This document shows positions 34,080 to 44,350 of a stretch of DNA of 64,000 nt, in pieces. Numbering within the stretch: position 1 is the stretch's first letter; each line of letters opens with the position of its first letter. The position numbers were made by a program, and so were the translations under genes. The stretch comes from Candidatus Sulfotelmatobacter sp. (GTDB lineage Bacteria; Acidobacteriota; Terriglobia; Terriglobales; Acidobacteriaceae). The notes under the pieces are model-generated. The model made no database searches, was not told the origin of the DNA, and was given only the letters and a program-made list of their open reading frames with translations. Location of the stretch: positions 28,512-92,511 of the forward strand of contig DATKFH010000129.1 in assembly GCA_035511455.1 (NCBI GenBank), in the 5' to 3' direction.

Positions 34080-34325
34080 GCTCGCTTTGAATCGAAGAAG
34101 TTGATTGCGCGCAATTGAAATTCCGATTGGTGGCCGCACGTCATTCGTGCGAGACTACCGCTCATGCATGGGTCTGTCGGACGGAGCGTGCGAGCGAACA
34201 TAACTCTCGACGTATACCTTCGTCTGACCAAGATGTGCGTTTGCTGCGGTCCTCCAGCCTCTTTTTAGTTTCACGCCCATTCCAGCGCCTTACGATCTGC
34301 CCTTACAGCGGAGGAGTACGTGTAT

Positions 34326-35042
34326 ATGAACGAAACACCCATTCTGTGGGAGGAAACGATACAGCCCGGGGCCACTTGGTCTCACGTGCTGAAGCGCGGC
34401 ACTGCCCTGCGCATTACTGATGTGGAGGGAGGGGCAAACGTTGGCGGAATCTTCTACAACTTCGAATGCCCGGTGGAACGGTACAACATGCCTGATACGC
34501 TCAAGGCGCAACACATCGCGCGGCTCACCACCGGCTCTGTCCTGTATTCCGATATGGGACGGATTCTTCTCTCGATCATCGGCGACACCGTCGGCTGGCA
34601 CGACCCGATTGGGGGAACGTCAAACAGCCAACTGGTCGAAAGCAAATACGGGCATGCCACTTACCAGGAAGTTCGGAATGATTATCACAAGAACGGCCGT
34701 GACAGTTTCCTGATCGAACTGGGCAAGTGGGGATTGGGGCCGCGTGATTTGGTGGCCAACGTTAATCTATTCAGCCGCGTCGGGGTTGGCGAGGACGGAA
34801 CCATGAGCTTTTCGCCTGGCAACTCCAAGGCCGGCGACTACCTTGAGCTGCGGGCAGAGATGAACGTGCTCGCCATTCTGAATACGTGCCAGCACCCACT
34901 CGATCCCAACCCGACTTATCAGCCCAAGCCCGTGCAAATGGCGATCCGCAAGGTGGCAGCACCCGCGGCGGACGATCGATGCCGGCTTTCGCGGCCGGAG
35001 AACGGACGGGGGTTCACGCTAACTGAGCGGTATTTCCTCTGA
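34326..35042 (+). CDS. urea-carboxylase-associated protein 1 (DUF1989; carboxyguanidine deiminase subunit-like)
   Basis: Size, position and sequence type (..[21 protein letters not shown]...) fit the DUF1989 pair that precedes urea carboxylase. GGAGGAG lies 9 nt before ATG 34326. Confidence 0.75.
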   Translation: MNETPILWEETIQPGATWSHVLKRGTALRITDVEGGANVGGIFYNFECPVERYNMPDTLKAQHIARLTTGSVLYSDMGRILLSIIGDTVGWHDPIGGTSNSQLVESKYGHATYQEVRNDYHKNGRDSFLIELGKWGLGPRDLVANVNLFSRVGVGEDGTMSFSPGNSKAGDYLELRAEMNVLAILNTCQHPLDPNPTYQPKPVQMAIRKVAAPAADDRCRLSRPENGRGFTLTERYFL

Positions 35043-35058
35043 GGAGGGACCCCCGAGC

Positions 35059-35718
35059 ATGACCAGCACCAGCACTCTGATCGAGAGCAAACTCCACCCG
35101 GCTCGGGCGATCTACCGACAGGTGATTCCCGCCGGTGAACCGTGGATCTACGAGATCCAGAAGGGGCGGTACTTTCGGATCGTCGATCTTCATGGCAACC
35201 AGGCTGTGGATACCCTCTTTTACAACGCGCGCGACTACTCCGAGCGCTACAGCGCCCAAGACACGATCCAGCAACAGCGCAACATCTACCTAACAACCGG
35301 GACTAAGTTAACCTCCACCTGTGGCAGGCCACTACTCACGATTGTGGCCGACACCTGCGGCCGCCACGACACGCTCGGCGGCGCATGCGCCAACGAAAGC
35401 AACATGGTTCGCTACGCGATCGAAAAACGCCACATGCACGCGTGCCGCAGCAGCTTTCTCAAGGCGGTCATCGACTGGGATCACGGCATGTCCAAGCGTG
35501 ACATTACGAGCAACATTAACTTCTTCATGAACGTTCCAGTGACACCGGAGGGCAAACTCAGCTTTGAGGATGGCATTTCCGAGCCCGGCAAGTACGTCGA
35601 GATGCGCGCGGAAATCGACGTTCTCGCTCTAATCAGCAATTGCCCCCAGTTGAACAACCCTTGCAACGCCTACAACCCCACGCCAGTCGAAGTCTTGATC
35701 TGGGCCCCGGAAATATGA
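35059..35718 (+). CDS. urea-carboxylase-associated protein 2 (DUF1989 paralog)
   Basis: Paralogous to the previous gene (..[21 protein letters not shown]...; [10 protein letters not shown]). Confidence 0.75.
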   Translation: MTSTSTLIESKLHPARAIYRQVIPAGEPWIYEIQKGRYFRIVDLHGNQAVDTLFYNARDYSERYSAQDTIQQQRNIYLTTGTKLTSTCGRPLLTIVADTCGRHDTLGGACANESNMVRYAIEKRHMHACRSSFLKAVIDWDHGMSKRDITSNINFFMNVPVTPEGKLSFEDGISEPGKYVEMRAEIDVLALISNCPQLNNPCNAYNPTPVEVLIWAPEI

Positions 35719-35730
35719 TGCGGAGCGCCA

Positions 35731-38700
35731 ATGTTCCGTAAGGTTCTGATCGCCAATCGTGGCGCAATCGCCTGCCGCATCATCCGCACTCTGCGCAAGA
35801 TGGGCGTTGCCTCAGTTGCAGTGTATTCGGAACCTGATCGCCACTCCCTGCACGTCGAGCAGGCGGATGAAGCGGTCTGCATCGGGCCTGCGCCGGCCGC
35901 ACAGAGTTATCTTTCCATTGCGGCTCTGCTCGACGCTGCACAACGGACAGCGGCTCAGGCGATCCACCCTGGCTATGGATTTCTGAGCGAGAACGCGGGT
36001 TTCGCGGAATCCTGCGCTGCGCACGGAGTCGTATTCATCGGCCCGACTCCGCAACAGATGCGCGATTTCGGCTTGAAGCATACTGCGCGCCAAATTGCCG
36101 CCCAGAACGGTGTACCGATGCTACCGGGCAGCGCCTTGCTTGATGACGTCGATGCCGCGCTCAGAGCCGCCGACGAGGTCGGATATCCGACGATGTTAAA
36201 GAGTACGGCCGGTGGCGGCGGAATCGGGATGCGCTTGTGCGCTTCTCCCAACGAATTGCGGGATGCCTTCGAAGCAGTTTCACGACAGAGCCAGGCCAGC
36301 TTCGGCAGCGGCAGTCTTTATCTCGAACGCTTTGTCTCCGAAGCGCGGCACATCGAAGTGCAGATCTTCGGCGACGGCAACGGGTCGGTAATAGCTTTAG
36401 GCGAACGCGATTGCTCGGTGCAGCGCCGCAATCAGAAGGTAATCGAAGAAACACCCGCCTCCGGACTGCCCAAGAGCGTTCGCGAAAATCTTCTGCAGTC
36501 CGCCGTGCGCTTGGGGAAGGCGATTCACTATCAGTCCGCCGGCACCGTGGAGTTCATCTACGACAACTCCACCAGAAAGTTTTACTTTCTCGAAGTGAAT
36601 ACCCGTCTCCAGGTCGAGCACGGCGTCACCGAGGAAGTGACTGGCGTCGATCTGGTGGAGTGGATGGTGAAACAAGCGGCCGGCGGAATGCCCGCGCTGG
36701 ACACAATCGATATCCGTTCCTCCGGATCTTCGATCCAGGTCCGAATCTACGCCGAAGATGCTGCCAAGAATTTTCAGCCGAGCGCCGGCCGGCTCACCCA
36801 CGTCCAGTGGCCAACCGGTGCGCGCGTCGAGACCTGGGTGGACGCAGGAATAGAAGTGACGCCGTTCTACGATCCCATGCTGGCGAAAATCATCGTCCGC
36901 GGCTCGGACCGGGCCCAAGCGACTGAACGTCTGCGCACCGCATTACAGCTTTGTGAGCTTTCCGGCATCGAGACCAACCTTCCTTATCTCAAACAGGTTG
37001 TCAGCCACCCAGCCTTTCAAGCGGGCGGCGTGACAACTTCGTTCCTGCGAGACTTCCCCTATCGGCGGCGGGCCATCGATGTGCTCGAATCCGGCACGCA
37101 GACCACGATTCAGGATTACCCCGGCCGGCTGGGTTACTGGCACGTCGGCGTTCCACCCTCGGGTCCCATGGATGCCCTTGCATTTCGCTTCGCCAATCGT
37201 CTTGTCGGCAACGAAGAAAATGCAGCCGGTCTTGAGATCACCCTTACTGGCCCTACGCTGCGATTGGCCTGCGACACGACGATCGCGTTGACGGGCGCAG
37301 ATTTCGGAGCGAAGTTGGATGGCCGGCCAATGCCACAATGGCAGGCAGTATCGGTAAGAGGGAACTCCCTCCTCGAACTTGGAACTGGCAACGACTCTGC
37401 GCGAGCCTATCTCGCCGTTGCAGGCGGCCTCGAGGCCCCGCTGTATCTGGGAAGCCGCGCCACTTTCATCCTCGGCAAGTTCGGGGGGCAGTCGGGCCGC
37501 ATGCTCCGTCCCGGCGACGTGCTGCACTTGAGCGAGACCGATCGCGGTCCAGGCGAGATGCGCACGCTTGCTCCCACCGCCATTCCGCAATACAGCCGCA
37601 AATGGGAGATCGGGGTACTCTACGGCCCGCATGGCGCCCCTGACTTTTTCGCGCCGGAAGACATCGACATGATCCTGTCGACGCCGTGGAAGGTCCACTA
37701 CAACTCGGATCGCACGGGCGTGCGTTTGATCGGTCCAAAGCCGCGCTGGGCGCGCAAAGACGGCGGCGAAGCGGGACTTCATCCGTCCAATATTCACGAC
37801 AACGCGTATGCGGTCGGGACTATCGACTTTACCGGGGACATGCCGGTCATTCTCGGCCCAGACGGGCCGAGTCTCGGTGGCTTCGTGTGTCCGGCAACCA
37901 TCGTCGAGGCCGAACGCTGGAAGATCGGGCAACTGAAAGCCGGCGACGTGGTGCGCTTCCGCCCGCTCTCGCTCAAGCAGGCAGAAGAACTGCAAGCCGA
38001 GGTTGAGACCTGCCTGGAAACACTCGGCGGTAACTTCCCCACGTTGCCGGTCGGGGCGCCCGAGGGCCCTGTCGTCTCGCGGCGTCCCTCATCCAAGGGC
38101 ACCCCGGCAGTTGTTTGCCGTGCCGATGGCGACCGCTACTTGCTGATTGAATACGGCCAAAACGCGCTCGATCTCAACCTGAGGTTCCGCGTCCACGCAC
38201 TCGAGCAGCAGGTGCGGGCCGCGAACCTGCGCGGAATCATCGATATCACCCCGGGCGTACGCTCCCTGCACATTCACTACGACTCGCGCCTTCGCCGCGA
38301 GGAACTGATCGATGCCCTGGATGCCTGCGAGCGCCGTATCCCCGACTTGGATGACATCACGGTCAAATCTCGCGTCGTTCACTTGCCGCTCTCCTGGGAC
38401 GATCCCGCCACGCAGTTAGCCATCCGCAAATACATGCAGGGCGTGCGCCCCGACGCACCGTGGTGCCCCAGCAACATCGAGTTCATCCGGCGCATCAATG
38501 GCCTGGCGTCGATTGACGAAGTCTATCGGATTGTTTTCGGCGCGAGTTATCTGGTTCTGGGCCTGGGCGACGTCTATCTCGGCGCTCCGGTCGCCACGCC
38601 GGTCGACCCGCGCCATCGCCTGGTGACCACGAAGTACAATCCCGCCCGCACCTGGACCCCGGAAAACGCCGTCGGAATCGGCGGCGCCTACCTCTGCGTT

Positions 38701-39327
38701 TACGGCATGGAAGGCCCTGGCGGATATCAGTTCGTTGGGCGCACACTGCAGATGTGGAACACCTTCCACTCCACCGCGGAGTTTCCTCCGGGAACACCAT
38801 GGTTGCTGCGCTTTTTCGATGAGCTTCGCTTTCATCCCGTGAGCGCCCAGGAGCTGCTGGAGATTCGCGATGGCTTCCCACGTGGGCGATACTCGCTGCG
38901 GATCGAACCAAAGCAGTTCCGCCTGCGCGACTATCACGCTTTTCTGAAGTCGATCAAAGCCGACGCAGACATTTTCAAAAACCATCAGCAGGCCGCCTTC
39001 GAGGCCGAGCGCGAGCGCTGGGCAGCCGCGGGCCAGGCAGAGTATATGGATTCGCCAGAACCTCCGGCCCAGGAATCTGACGGCGAAACTCCGGAGGGCT
39101 GTAGTCCGGTTCGCTCGCCGATTGCGGCCAGTGTCTGGAACATCGCCGTCGCAACCGGGCAGCGAGTGGAGGCGGGACAAAAGCTCATGATTCTCGAAGC
39201 CATGAAGACGGAAATTGCCGTGGCGGCGCCGAATTCGGGCATCGTCGAAAAGTTGAATTGTGCGGTAGGAGCCCTAGTCGGAGCCGGCCAGACTCTTCTG
39301 CTGCTTCGCGCCGAGGCAGCCGCATGA
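35731..39327 (+). CDS. uca: urea carboxylase (biotin carboxylase + AHS2/AHS1 carboxyltransferase + biotinyl domain), 1198 aa
   Basis: BC N-terminus MFRKVLIANRGAIACRIIRTLRKMG. ATP-grasp. AHS2 block GTQTTIQDYPGRLGYWHVGVPPSGPMD. Biotinylation site ILEAMKTE. Confidence 0.9.
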   Translation: MFRKVLIANRGAIACRIIRTLRKMGVASVAVYSEPDRHSLHVEQADEAVCIGPAPAAQSYLSIAALLDAAQRTAAQAIHPGYGFLSENAGFAESCAAHGVVFIGPTPQQMRDFGLKHTARQIAAQNGVPMLPGSALLDDVDAALRAADEVGYPTMLKSTAGGGGIGMRLCASPNELRDAFEAVSRQSQASFGSGSLYLERFVSEARHIEVQIFGDGNGSVIALGERDCSVQRRNQKVIEETPASGLPKSVRENLLQSAVRLGKAIHYQSAGTVEFIYDNSTRKFYFLEVNTRLQVEHGVTEEVTGVDLVEWMVKQAAGGMPALDTIDIRSSGSSIQVRIYAEDAAKNFQPSAGRLTHVQWPTGARVETWVDAGIEVTPFYDPMLAKIIVRGSDRAQATERLRTALQLCELSGIETNLPYLKQVVSHPAFQAGGVTTSFLRDFPYRRRAIDVLESGTQTTIQDYPGRLGYWHVGVPPSGPMDALAFRFANRLVGNEENAAGLEITLTGPTLRLACDTTIALTGADFGAKLDGRPMPQWQAVSVRGNSLLELGTGNDSARAYLAVAGGLEAPLYLGSRATFILGKFGGQSGRMLRPGDVLHLSETDRGPGEMRTLAPTAIPQYSRKWEIGVLYGPHGAPDFFAPEDIDMILSTPWKVHYNSDRTGVRLIGPKPRWARKDGGEAGLHPSNIHDNAYAVGTIDFTGDMPVILGPDGPSLGGFVCPATIVEAERWKIGQLKAGDVVRFRPLSLKQAEELQAEVETCLETLGGNFPTLPVGAPEGPVVSRRPSSKGTPAVVCRADGDRYLLIEYGQNALDLNLRFRVHALEQQVRAANLRGIIDITPGVRSLHIHYDSRLRREELIDALDACERRIPDLDDITVKSRVVHLPLSWDDPATQLAIRKYMQGVRPDAPWCPSNIEFIRRINGLASIDEVYRIVFGASYLVLGLGDVYLGAPVATPVDPRHRLVTTKYNPARTWTPENAVGIGGAYLCVYGMEGPGGYQFVGRTLQMWNTFHSTAEFPPGTPWLLRFFDELRFHPVSAQELLEIRDGFPRGRYSLRIEPKQFRLRDYHAFLKSIKADADIFKNHQQAAFEAERERWAAAGQAEYMDSPEPPAQESDGETPEGCSPVRSPIAASVWNIAVATGQRVEAGQKLMILEAMKTEIAVAAPNSGIVEKLNCAVGALVGAGQTLLLLRAEAAA

Positions 39328-41039
39328 GTTTCTCGGCCACCATCGCGGACCTCTACGACCGGCTGCAACGAGAGCCGCTTCATCCCGTCTGGATTTCACT
39401 TTTGCCTCGCCAAGCAGTGCTCGCCCGCGCCCGCGAGATCGAGAGCCATCCAGACTTGCCGCTTGCCGCCAAGACCTTCGCCGTGAAAGACAACTTCGAC
39501 GTCGAGGGCATTCCAACAACAGCGGGATGTCCGGCCTATGCCTTCACACCTTCGACGACTGCAAATGTGGTCCGACGTTTGCAAGACGCCGGGGCGCTTT
39601 TGATCGGCAAAACCAACATGGATCAGTTCGCCACCGGCTTGGTCGGCACCCGCTCGCCCTTCGGCGCCTGCTCGAGCGTATTCAACGAACGCTACATCTC
39701 CGGTGGGTCAAGTTCCGGTTCAGCCGTCGCGGTCGCGAAGAATCTCGTCACTTTCTCTCTCGGCACCGACACTGCGGGTTCCGGTCGAGTGCCTGCGGCA
39801 TTTAACGGCCTGATCGGATTGAAACCCACCCGCGGGCTGCTGAGCACGCATGGCGTCGTCCCTGCCTGCCGAACCCTCGACTGCGTTTCGATCTTCGCGC
39901 GCACGTGCCGTCAGGCCCACGAAGTCTGGCGCATGGCGCGCGGCCTGGATCCCGCGGATCCGTTTTCGCGCGAGCCCAGGTTGGGTGACGATGCGGCTCC
40001 TTGGATCAACGGCAAATTCCGCTTCGGAGTCCCTTCGCCGGATCAACTCGAGTTCTTCGGAGATGAAGAGGCCGCCCAGCTTTACCAGGCCGCAATAAAG
40101 AAGATGCAGCAAATCGGCGGGGAGAAAATCGAGATCGACTTCTCCGTCTTTCGCCGAGCCGCCGACCTGCTCTATGGAGGCCCCTGGGTGGCCGAGCGTC
40201 TGGCGGCGATCAAGACCTTCTTCCAAAATCATGCCCCCGAGGTCGAGCCGGTCGTCCGCAGCATCATCGGCGGCGCCCAGAAATACACGGCCGTAGACAC
40301 CTTCGAAGCCGACTATCGTCTCCACGAGTTGCGCCAGGAAGCTGCGAAGGAGTGGGTGCGCATGGACGTGCTGCTGCTCCCCACGACGGGGACCATCTAC
40401 ACTCATGAGCAAATCGTTTCCGATCCCGTACAGCTCAACACCAATCTCGGTTACTACACCAACTTTGTGAACCTGATGGATTTGGCCGCGGTTGCAGTTC
40501 CAGCCGGATTCCGTTCCCACGGACTGCCATTCGGAATCTCGTTGATCGGTCCCGCGTTTACCGACGAAGCCTTGCTGGCGTTGGCCGACCAGTATCTCAG
40601 CCCAGCTGCGGACTCATTCGTCCCGCTGCTCACGAAACCGCCGGGGTGCATTTCGCTGGCAGTTGTGGGTGCGCATCTCAGCGGTCAGCCACTGAACGGG
40701 CAACTGACTCAACGGGGGGCGCGCCTCCAGAAAACTTGCCGCACCGCGCCTGGCTATCGATTTTACGCGCTGACAGGTGCGACTCCTGCCAAGCCCGGCC
40801 TCATTCGCGACGAGACTTTCCAGGGCCCAGGGATCGAGGTGGAAGTCTGGGCCATTCCAGAAAACCAGTTTGGCGGCTTCCTCGCCGCCGTGCCGCCGCC
40901 CCTCGTAATCGGCACCGTCGAACTCGACGGCGGCGAATCGGTAAAGTCCTTCTTGTGCGAGCCTTACGCAATCGCTGCAGGGTCTGAAATCACTCAACTC
41001 GGCGGATGGCGAGCCTACCTCGCATCATTCAAATCTTGA
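39324..41039 (+). CDS. atzF: allophanate hydrolase (amidase-signature domain + C-terminal domain)
   Basis: FAVKDNFDV (catalytic Lys) and GGSSSGSAVAVA (amidase signature). ATG 39324 overlaps the uca stop (ATGA). The track start at 39258 is unlikely. Confidence 0.85.
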   Translation: MSFSATIADLYDRLQREPLHPVWISLLPRQAVLARAREIESHPDLPLAAKTFAVKDNFDVEGIPTTAGCPAYAFTPSTTANVVRRLQDAGALLIGKTNMDQFATGLVGTRSPFGACSSVFNERYISGGSSSGSAVAVAKNLVTFSLGTDTAGSGRVPAAFNGLIGLKPTRGLLSTHGVVPACRTLDCVSIFARTCRQAHEVWRMARGLDPADPFSREPRLGDDAAPWINGKFRFGVPSPDQLEFFGDEEAAQLYQAAIKKMQQIGGEKIEIDFSVFRRAADLLYGGPWVAERLAAIKTFFQNHAPEVEPVVRSIIGGAQKYTAVDTFEADYRLHELRQEAAKEWVRMDVLLLPTTGTIYTHEQIVSDPVQLNTNLGYYTNFVNLMDLAAVAVPAGFRSHGLPFGISLIGPAFTDEALLALADQYLSPAADSFVPLLTKPPGCISLAVVGAHLSGQPLNGQLTQRGARLQKTCRTAPGYRFYALTGATPAKPGLIRDETFQGPGIEVEVWAIPENQFGGFLAAVPPPLVIGTVELDGGESVKSFLCEPYAIAAGSEITQLGGWRAYLASFKS

Positions 41040-41048
41040 ATAGCCGTC

Positions 41049-42182
41049 ATGAAAACTTTGCGCGTCAGGTCCGCAACCGCGGCGTCTAAAATCCAATCCA
41101 CGATGTGTAGGATAGCGACGACTCTGTGCGTCTTCCTGGTTTTGTGCATTCTTGCCGCCTTGCCGGCCATGGCCCAGAAGCCGGCTTTCACCGTCGGCTG
41201 GTCGATCTACGCCGGATGGACCCCGTATCACTACATGCAGAAATCCGGCCTGCTCAAGAAGTGGGCCGACAAGTACGGCATCACTATCAAAGTTCAGCGC
41301 TTCGACTACGCGCCTTCTCTCGACGCTTTCGTCGGACGCAACATCGATGCCTGCACCATGACCAACATGGAGGCGCTCGACATGCCGGCGGCCTCCGGAG
41401 TCCCCACAACCATCATCCTCGTCGGCGACTATTCCAACGGCAACGACGCTCTGCTCGTTCGCGGCGGCTTGCAGATGAAGGATCTCGCCGGGCGCAAGAT
41501 GCTGTTGGTCGAAAAGACGGTTTCCGAATATCTCTTCGACCGCGCCCTGTCCCTCAACTCCATGCGCGACGAGATCAAGCAAGTGCGCATGATCAATACC
41601 TCGGACTCCGACATTCAGTCTGCTTTCATCAGCGATTCCAGTGTGTCGGCTGTGGTGACTTGGAAGCCCATGCTCTCGCAGCTAGCGCAGCAAAAAGGGG
41701 TCACATCGCTATTCAATTCCTCGCAAATCCCGGGTGAGATTCTCGACCTCACCGTGGTGCGGACCGAAATTCTCGATCGCCCGGACGGATCGGGCCAGAA
41801 ATTCGCCAAAGCTTTGGCTGGAGCCTGGTACGAAATGATGAGTCTCATGTCGGGCCAGGGCACTGCCACCGACAAAGTATTGGCGTCGATCGCCGAAGGA
41901 TCCGGCGATTCGCTCGCTTCCTACAAAGAGCAACTGAGCACGACCAAAATGTTCTACCAGGCGCAATCCGCTGCGCAGTTCGCCAAGTCGCCTGATCTCA
42001 AGCTCAAGATGGGGATGGTCCGGCAATTCTGCTTCGATCACGGATTGCTGGGTAAGAACGTCGGCGCAGTGGATGACGTGGCCATTCGCTATCCCGACGG
42101 TTCCGTGCAGGGCAAGCCCGACCGTGTGCGACTGCGCTTCGCCACCGACTACATGGAGATGGCCGCGGGAAACAGACTTTAG
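41049..42182 (+). CDS. ABC transporter periplasmic substrate-binding protein (NMT1/THI5-like, urea-carboxylase-region type)
   Basis: Signal peptide ..LAALPAMAQ. FTVGWSIYAGWTPYHYM... is typical of the binding protein that accompanies urea carboxylase clusters. Confidence 0.75.
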   Translation: MKTLRVRSATAASKIQSTMCRIATTLCVFLVLCILAALPAMAQKPAFTVGWSIYAGWTPYHYMQKSGLLKKWADKYGITIKVQRFDYAPSLDAFVGRNIDACTMTNMEALDMPAASGVPTTIILVGDYSNGNDALLVRGGLQMKDLAGRKMLLVEKTVSEYLFDRALSLNSMRDEIKQVRMINTSDSDIQSAFISDSSVSAVVTWKPMLSQLAQQKGVTSLFNSSQIPGEILDLTVVRTEILDRPDGSGQKFAKALAGAWYEMMSLMSGQGTATDKVLASIAEGSGDSLASYKEQLSTTKMFYQAQSAAQFAKSPDLKLKMGMVRQFCFDHGLLGKNVGAVDDVAIRYPDGSVQGKPDRVRLRFATDYMEMAAGNRL

Positions 42183-42191
42183 GGGAATTCG

Positions 42192-43052
42192 ATGTCCTTC
42201 GGTTTTCAATTGGTGCATGCCAAACCCGGCCGCGCTTCGACTCTGCTACTGTCGTGGCTGCTGTTCGCGCTGGGAGTGGGGGTTTATTTCTATGCCTCGC
42301 AGAAGCGCCACCAGGAGAATTCTGAAGACCGCGTCATGCCCACCGTCTCCCAGATGTTCCACGGCATGAGCGACGCTTCCGTGAAGCCTGCCGAAGACGA
42401 TGACGCCGTGCTTCCCGACAACGCCTCGCTTCGCCAGAAGTTCTTCGCGAGCATGTTGTGGAAGGACACTCTCGCCACCTCGCGCCGCTTTATCCTCAGC
42501 GTCCTGTTGCTGATTCCTGCCGTGCTTCTTGGCTTGCACATGGGGCTATTTCCTTATGTCGGAGTCGTCTTCCTGCGCTTCGTGCTGTTCTTCGACAAGA
42601 TCGTCGCGCTTTCGCTACTGCCCATCCTCTTTATTGCATTCGGCATCGATGAACTCTCGAAGATCATGCTGATCGTTGTGGGCGTTACGCCAACCATCAT
42701 TCTCGACACCTTCAATCTGACCAAAGGCGTTCCAGACGAGCAGGTGGTGAAAGCTTTCACGCTCGGCGCCAACGATTTCGATGTAGCTTACCGGGTGGTC
42801 ATGCGCCAGATCGCCCCCCGCGTGCTCAATAGCATTCGCCTTAACCTGAAGGCGGTCATGCTCTTCCTCTTCGCCGGAGAAATGATCGCCTCCACCGATG
42901 GCCTGGCCTACCGCATCGCGCTCCTGCGCCGCCACATGGGCATGGACATCATTATTCCCTACGTTCTGTGGGTCGCGTTGCTGCTTTTCCTCGTCGATCT
43001 CGCCATGCGCCTCGTCAACCGCAAACTTCATCCCTGGTTTCAGGAGGCATGA
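42192..43052 (+). CDS. ABC transporter permease
   Basis: A 6-TM BPD-type permease, contiguous with the binding protein and the ATPase. Confidence 0.8.
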   Translation: MSFGFQLVHAKPGRASTLLLSWLLFALGVGVYFYASQKRHQENSEDRVMPTVSQMFHGMSDASVKPAEDDDAVLPDNASLRQKFFASMLWKDTLATSRRFILSVLLLIPAVLLGLHMGLFPYVGVVFLRFVLFFDKIVALSLLPILFIAFGIDELSKIMLIVVGVTPTIILDTFNLTKGVPDEQVVKAFTLGANDFDVAYRVVMRQIAPRVLNSIRLNLKAVMLFLFAGEMIASTDGLAYRIALLRRHMGMDIIIPYVLWVALLLFLVDLAMRLVNRKLHPWFQEA

Positions 43053-43870
43053 CATCCATGGCCCTGATTGAAACCCAAAATCTTTCGGTCGGTTACGGGA
43101 CGCCCGCACGACCCGTGTTGACGAGCATCAATTTAAGTATTGAGGAAGGGGAATTCGTCTGCCTGCTGGGCCAGACCGGATGCGGCAAGTCCACACTGCT
43201 GAAGCTGATTCTCGGCGCAGAAATGCCTGCCAGTGGACGCATCCTCATCGACGGCGTAGAGCACAAGCAACCCGATCGCACTCGCGGCTATGTCCCACAA
43301 AAATACTCGCTGTTTCCCGACAAGACCGTACTCGGCAACATTACGTTCGGTCCGGAAGTGAGCGAGTTCAACCTGTTTACCCGCTTGACGCCGCGTTATC
43401 TTCGCCGAAGGCGGCAGTTCCGCGATGAGGCACTCAGTTGCATTCGACGCATCGGATTGCACCAGCGCGACGCCGGCAAGTACCCTTACCAACTCTCCGG
43501 AGGCATGCAGCAGCGCGTCGCCATCGCGCAGGCGCTCGCCACCAAGCCGCGCATCCTGCTCATGGACGAGGCCTTCAGCGCCCTCGATCCCGGCACGCGC
43601 AAAGACATGCAGCGCCTGATCCGCCAATTGTGGCGCGACACCGGAATCACCATCCTTTTTGTGACCCACAACACGCAGGAAGCGCTCTACCTGGGAAGCC
43701 GAGTGATCGTGCTGGCCAAAGATGGCCCTGACGCCGGCGCCCAGATCGCTATGGACCTCCGCATCCCCGAACCCTGTCACGAAGACCAGATCCCGCGGCT
43801 TGTACATCGCCTCGAGCACGCCTCAGGTAGCGCGCGTGAACCAGAAGAAGCCGTGCTGGCCACTGCATAG
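43049..43870 (+). CDS. ABC transporter ATP-binding protein
   Basis: Walker A GQTGCGKST, signature LSGGMQQR, Walker B ILLMDEAF. ATG 43049 overlaps the permease stop (ATGA), with AGGAGG upstream. Confidence 0.85.
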   Translation: MTSMALIETQNLSVGYGTPARPVLTSINLSIEEGEFVCLLGQTGCGKSTLLKLILGAEMPASGRILIDGVEHKQPDRTRGYVPQKYSLFPDKTVLGNITFGPEVSEFNLFTRLTPRYLRRRRQFRDEALSCIRRIGLHQRDAGKYPYQLSGGMQQRVAIAQALATKPRILLMDEAFSALDPGTRKDMQRLIRQLWRDTGITILFVTHNTQEALYLGSRVIVLAKDGPDAGAQIAMDLRIPEPCHEDQIPRLVHRLEHASGSAREPEEAVLATA

Positions 43871-44294
43871 ACGGCCAGAAAAGTGTCGTCGGCTCCTCGT
43901 AATTCGATCAGAGGAATGCGCGGAGAAACTCGATTTCAACAAGCTTGGAGCAATCAGTGAGACATCTGACCTTGCGGCGGATCGTTAAGAAGCAGATCCT
44001 TGCCAAGGCGAAAGCGGTACGCGCCGAAATCGCGTGGTGCCCGTTAAGTTATTTGAAACCAATATCTTGCCGGCAACTGACTGCCCCCCCATAGATTATT
44101 TTGGGATTTCCCGCTACGTCCATGATTCCCCTAGACCCAGGGGGAGGGGGTACCCTCGGAAAGCCACCCCTTCCCGAATCGGTCTTGCCTCGAGACCATG
44201 ATTTTGCGACCCATGGTTTTGCGACTTCTTCCTGTAAATATTTTCGGATGATTTCCACACCAATGTCTCAGGGGTTTCGAGCAACAAGAAATTT

Positions 44295-44316
44295 GGCACG
44301 ACCTCATGGTCGTGCC
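44295..44316 (-). terminator. putative intrinsic terminator of the TBDR-like gene 44351..48106
   Basis: Perfect 9-bp stem GGCACGACC-tcat-GGTCGTGCC, 35 nt downstream of the stop. On the - strand it is followed by AAATTTCTTGTT. Confidence 0.5.
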
Positions 44317-44350
44317 AACTATTTGCTGTCGCTTCAGCCTCTGCCGAAGT

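Noticed and set aside
34080-34325. Guanidine riboswitch (ykkC, mini-ykkC, ykkC-III) upstream of the carboxylase operon
   Set aside because: I searched by eye for CUAGGGUUCCG, GGUCCGAGAG, ACGR-loop hairpin pairs and CCGGACGAGG. Only loose resemblances turned up (GGUCUGUCGGACGG).
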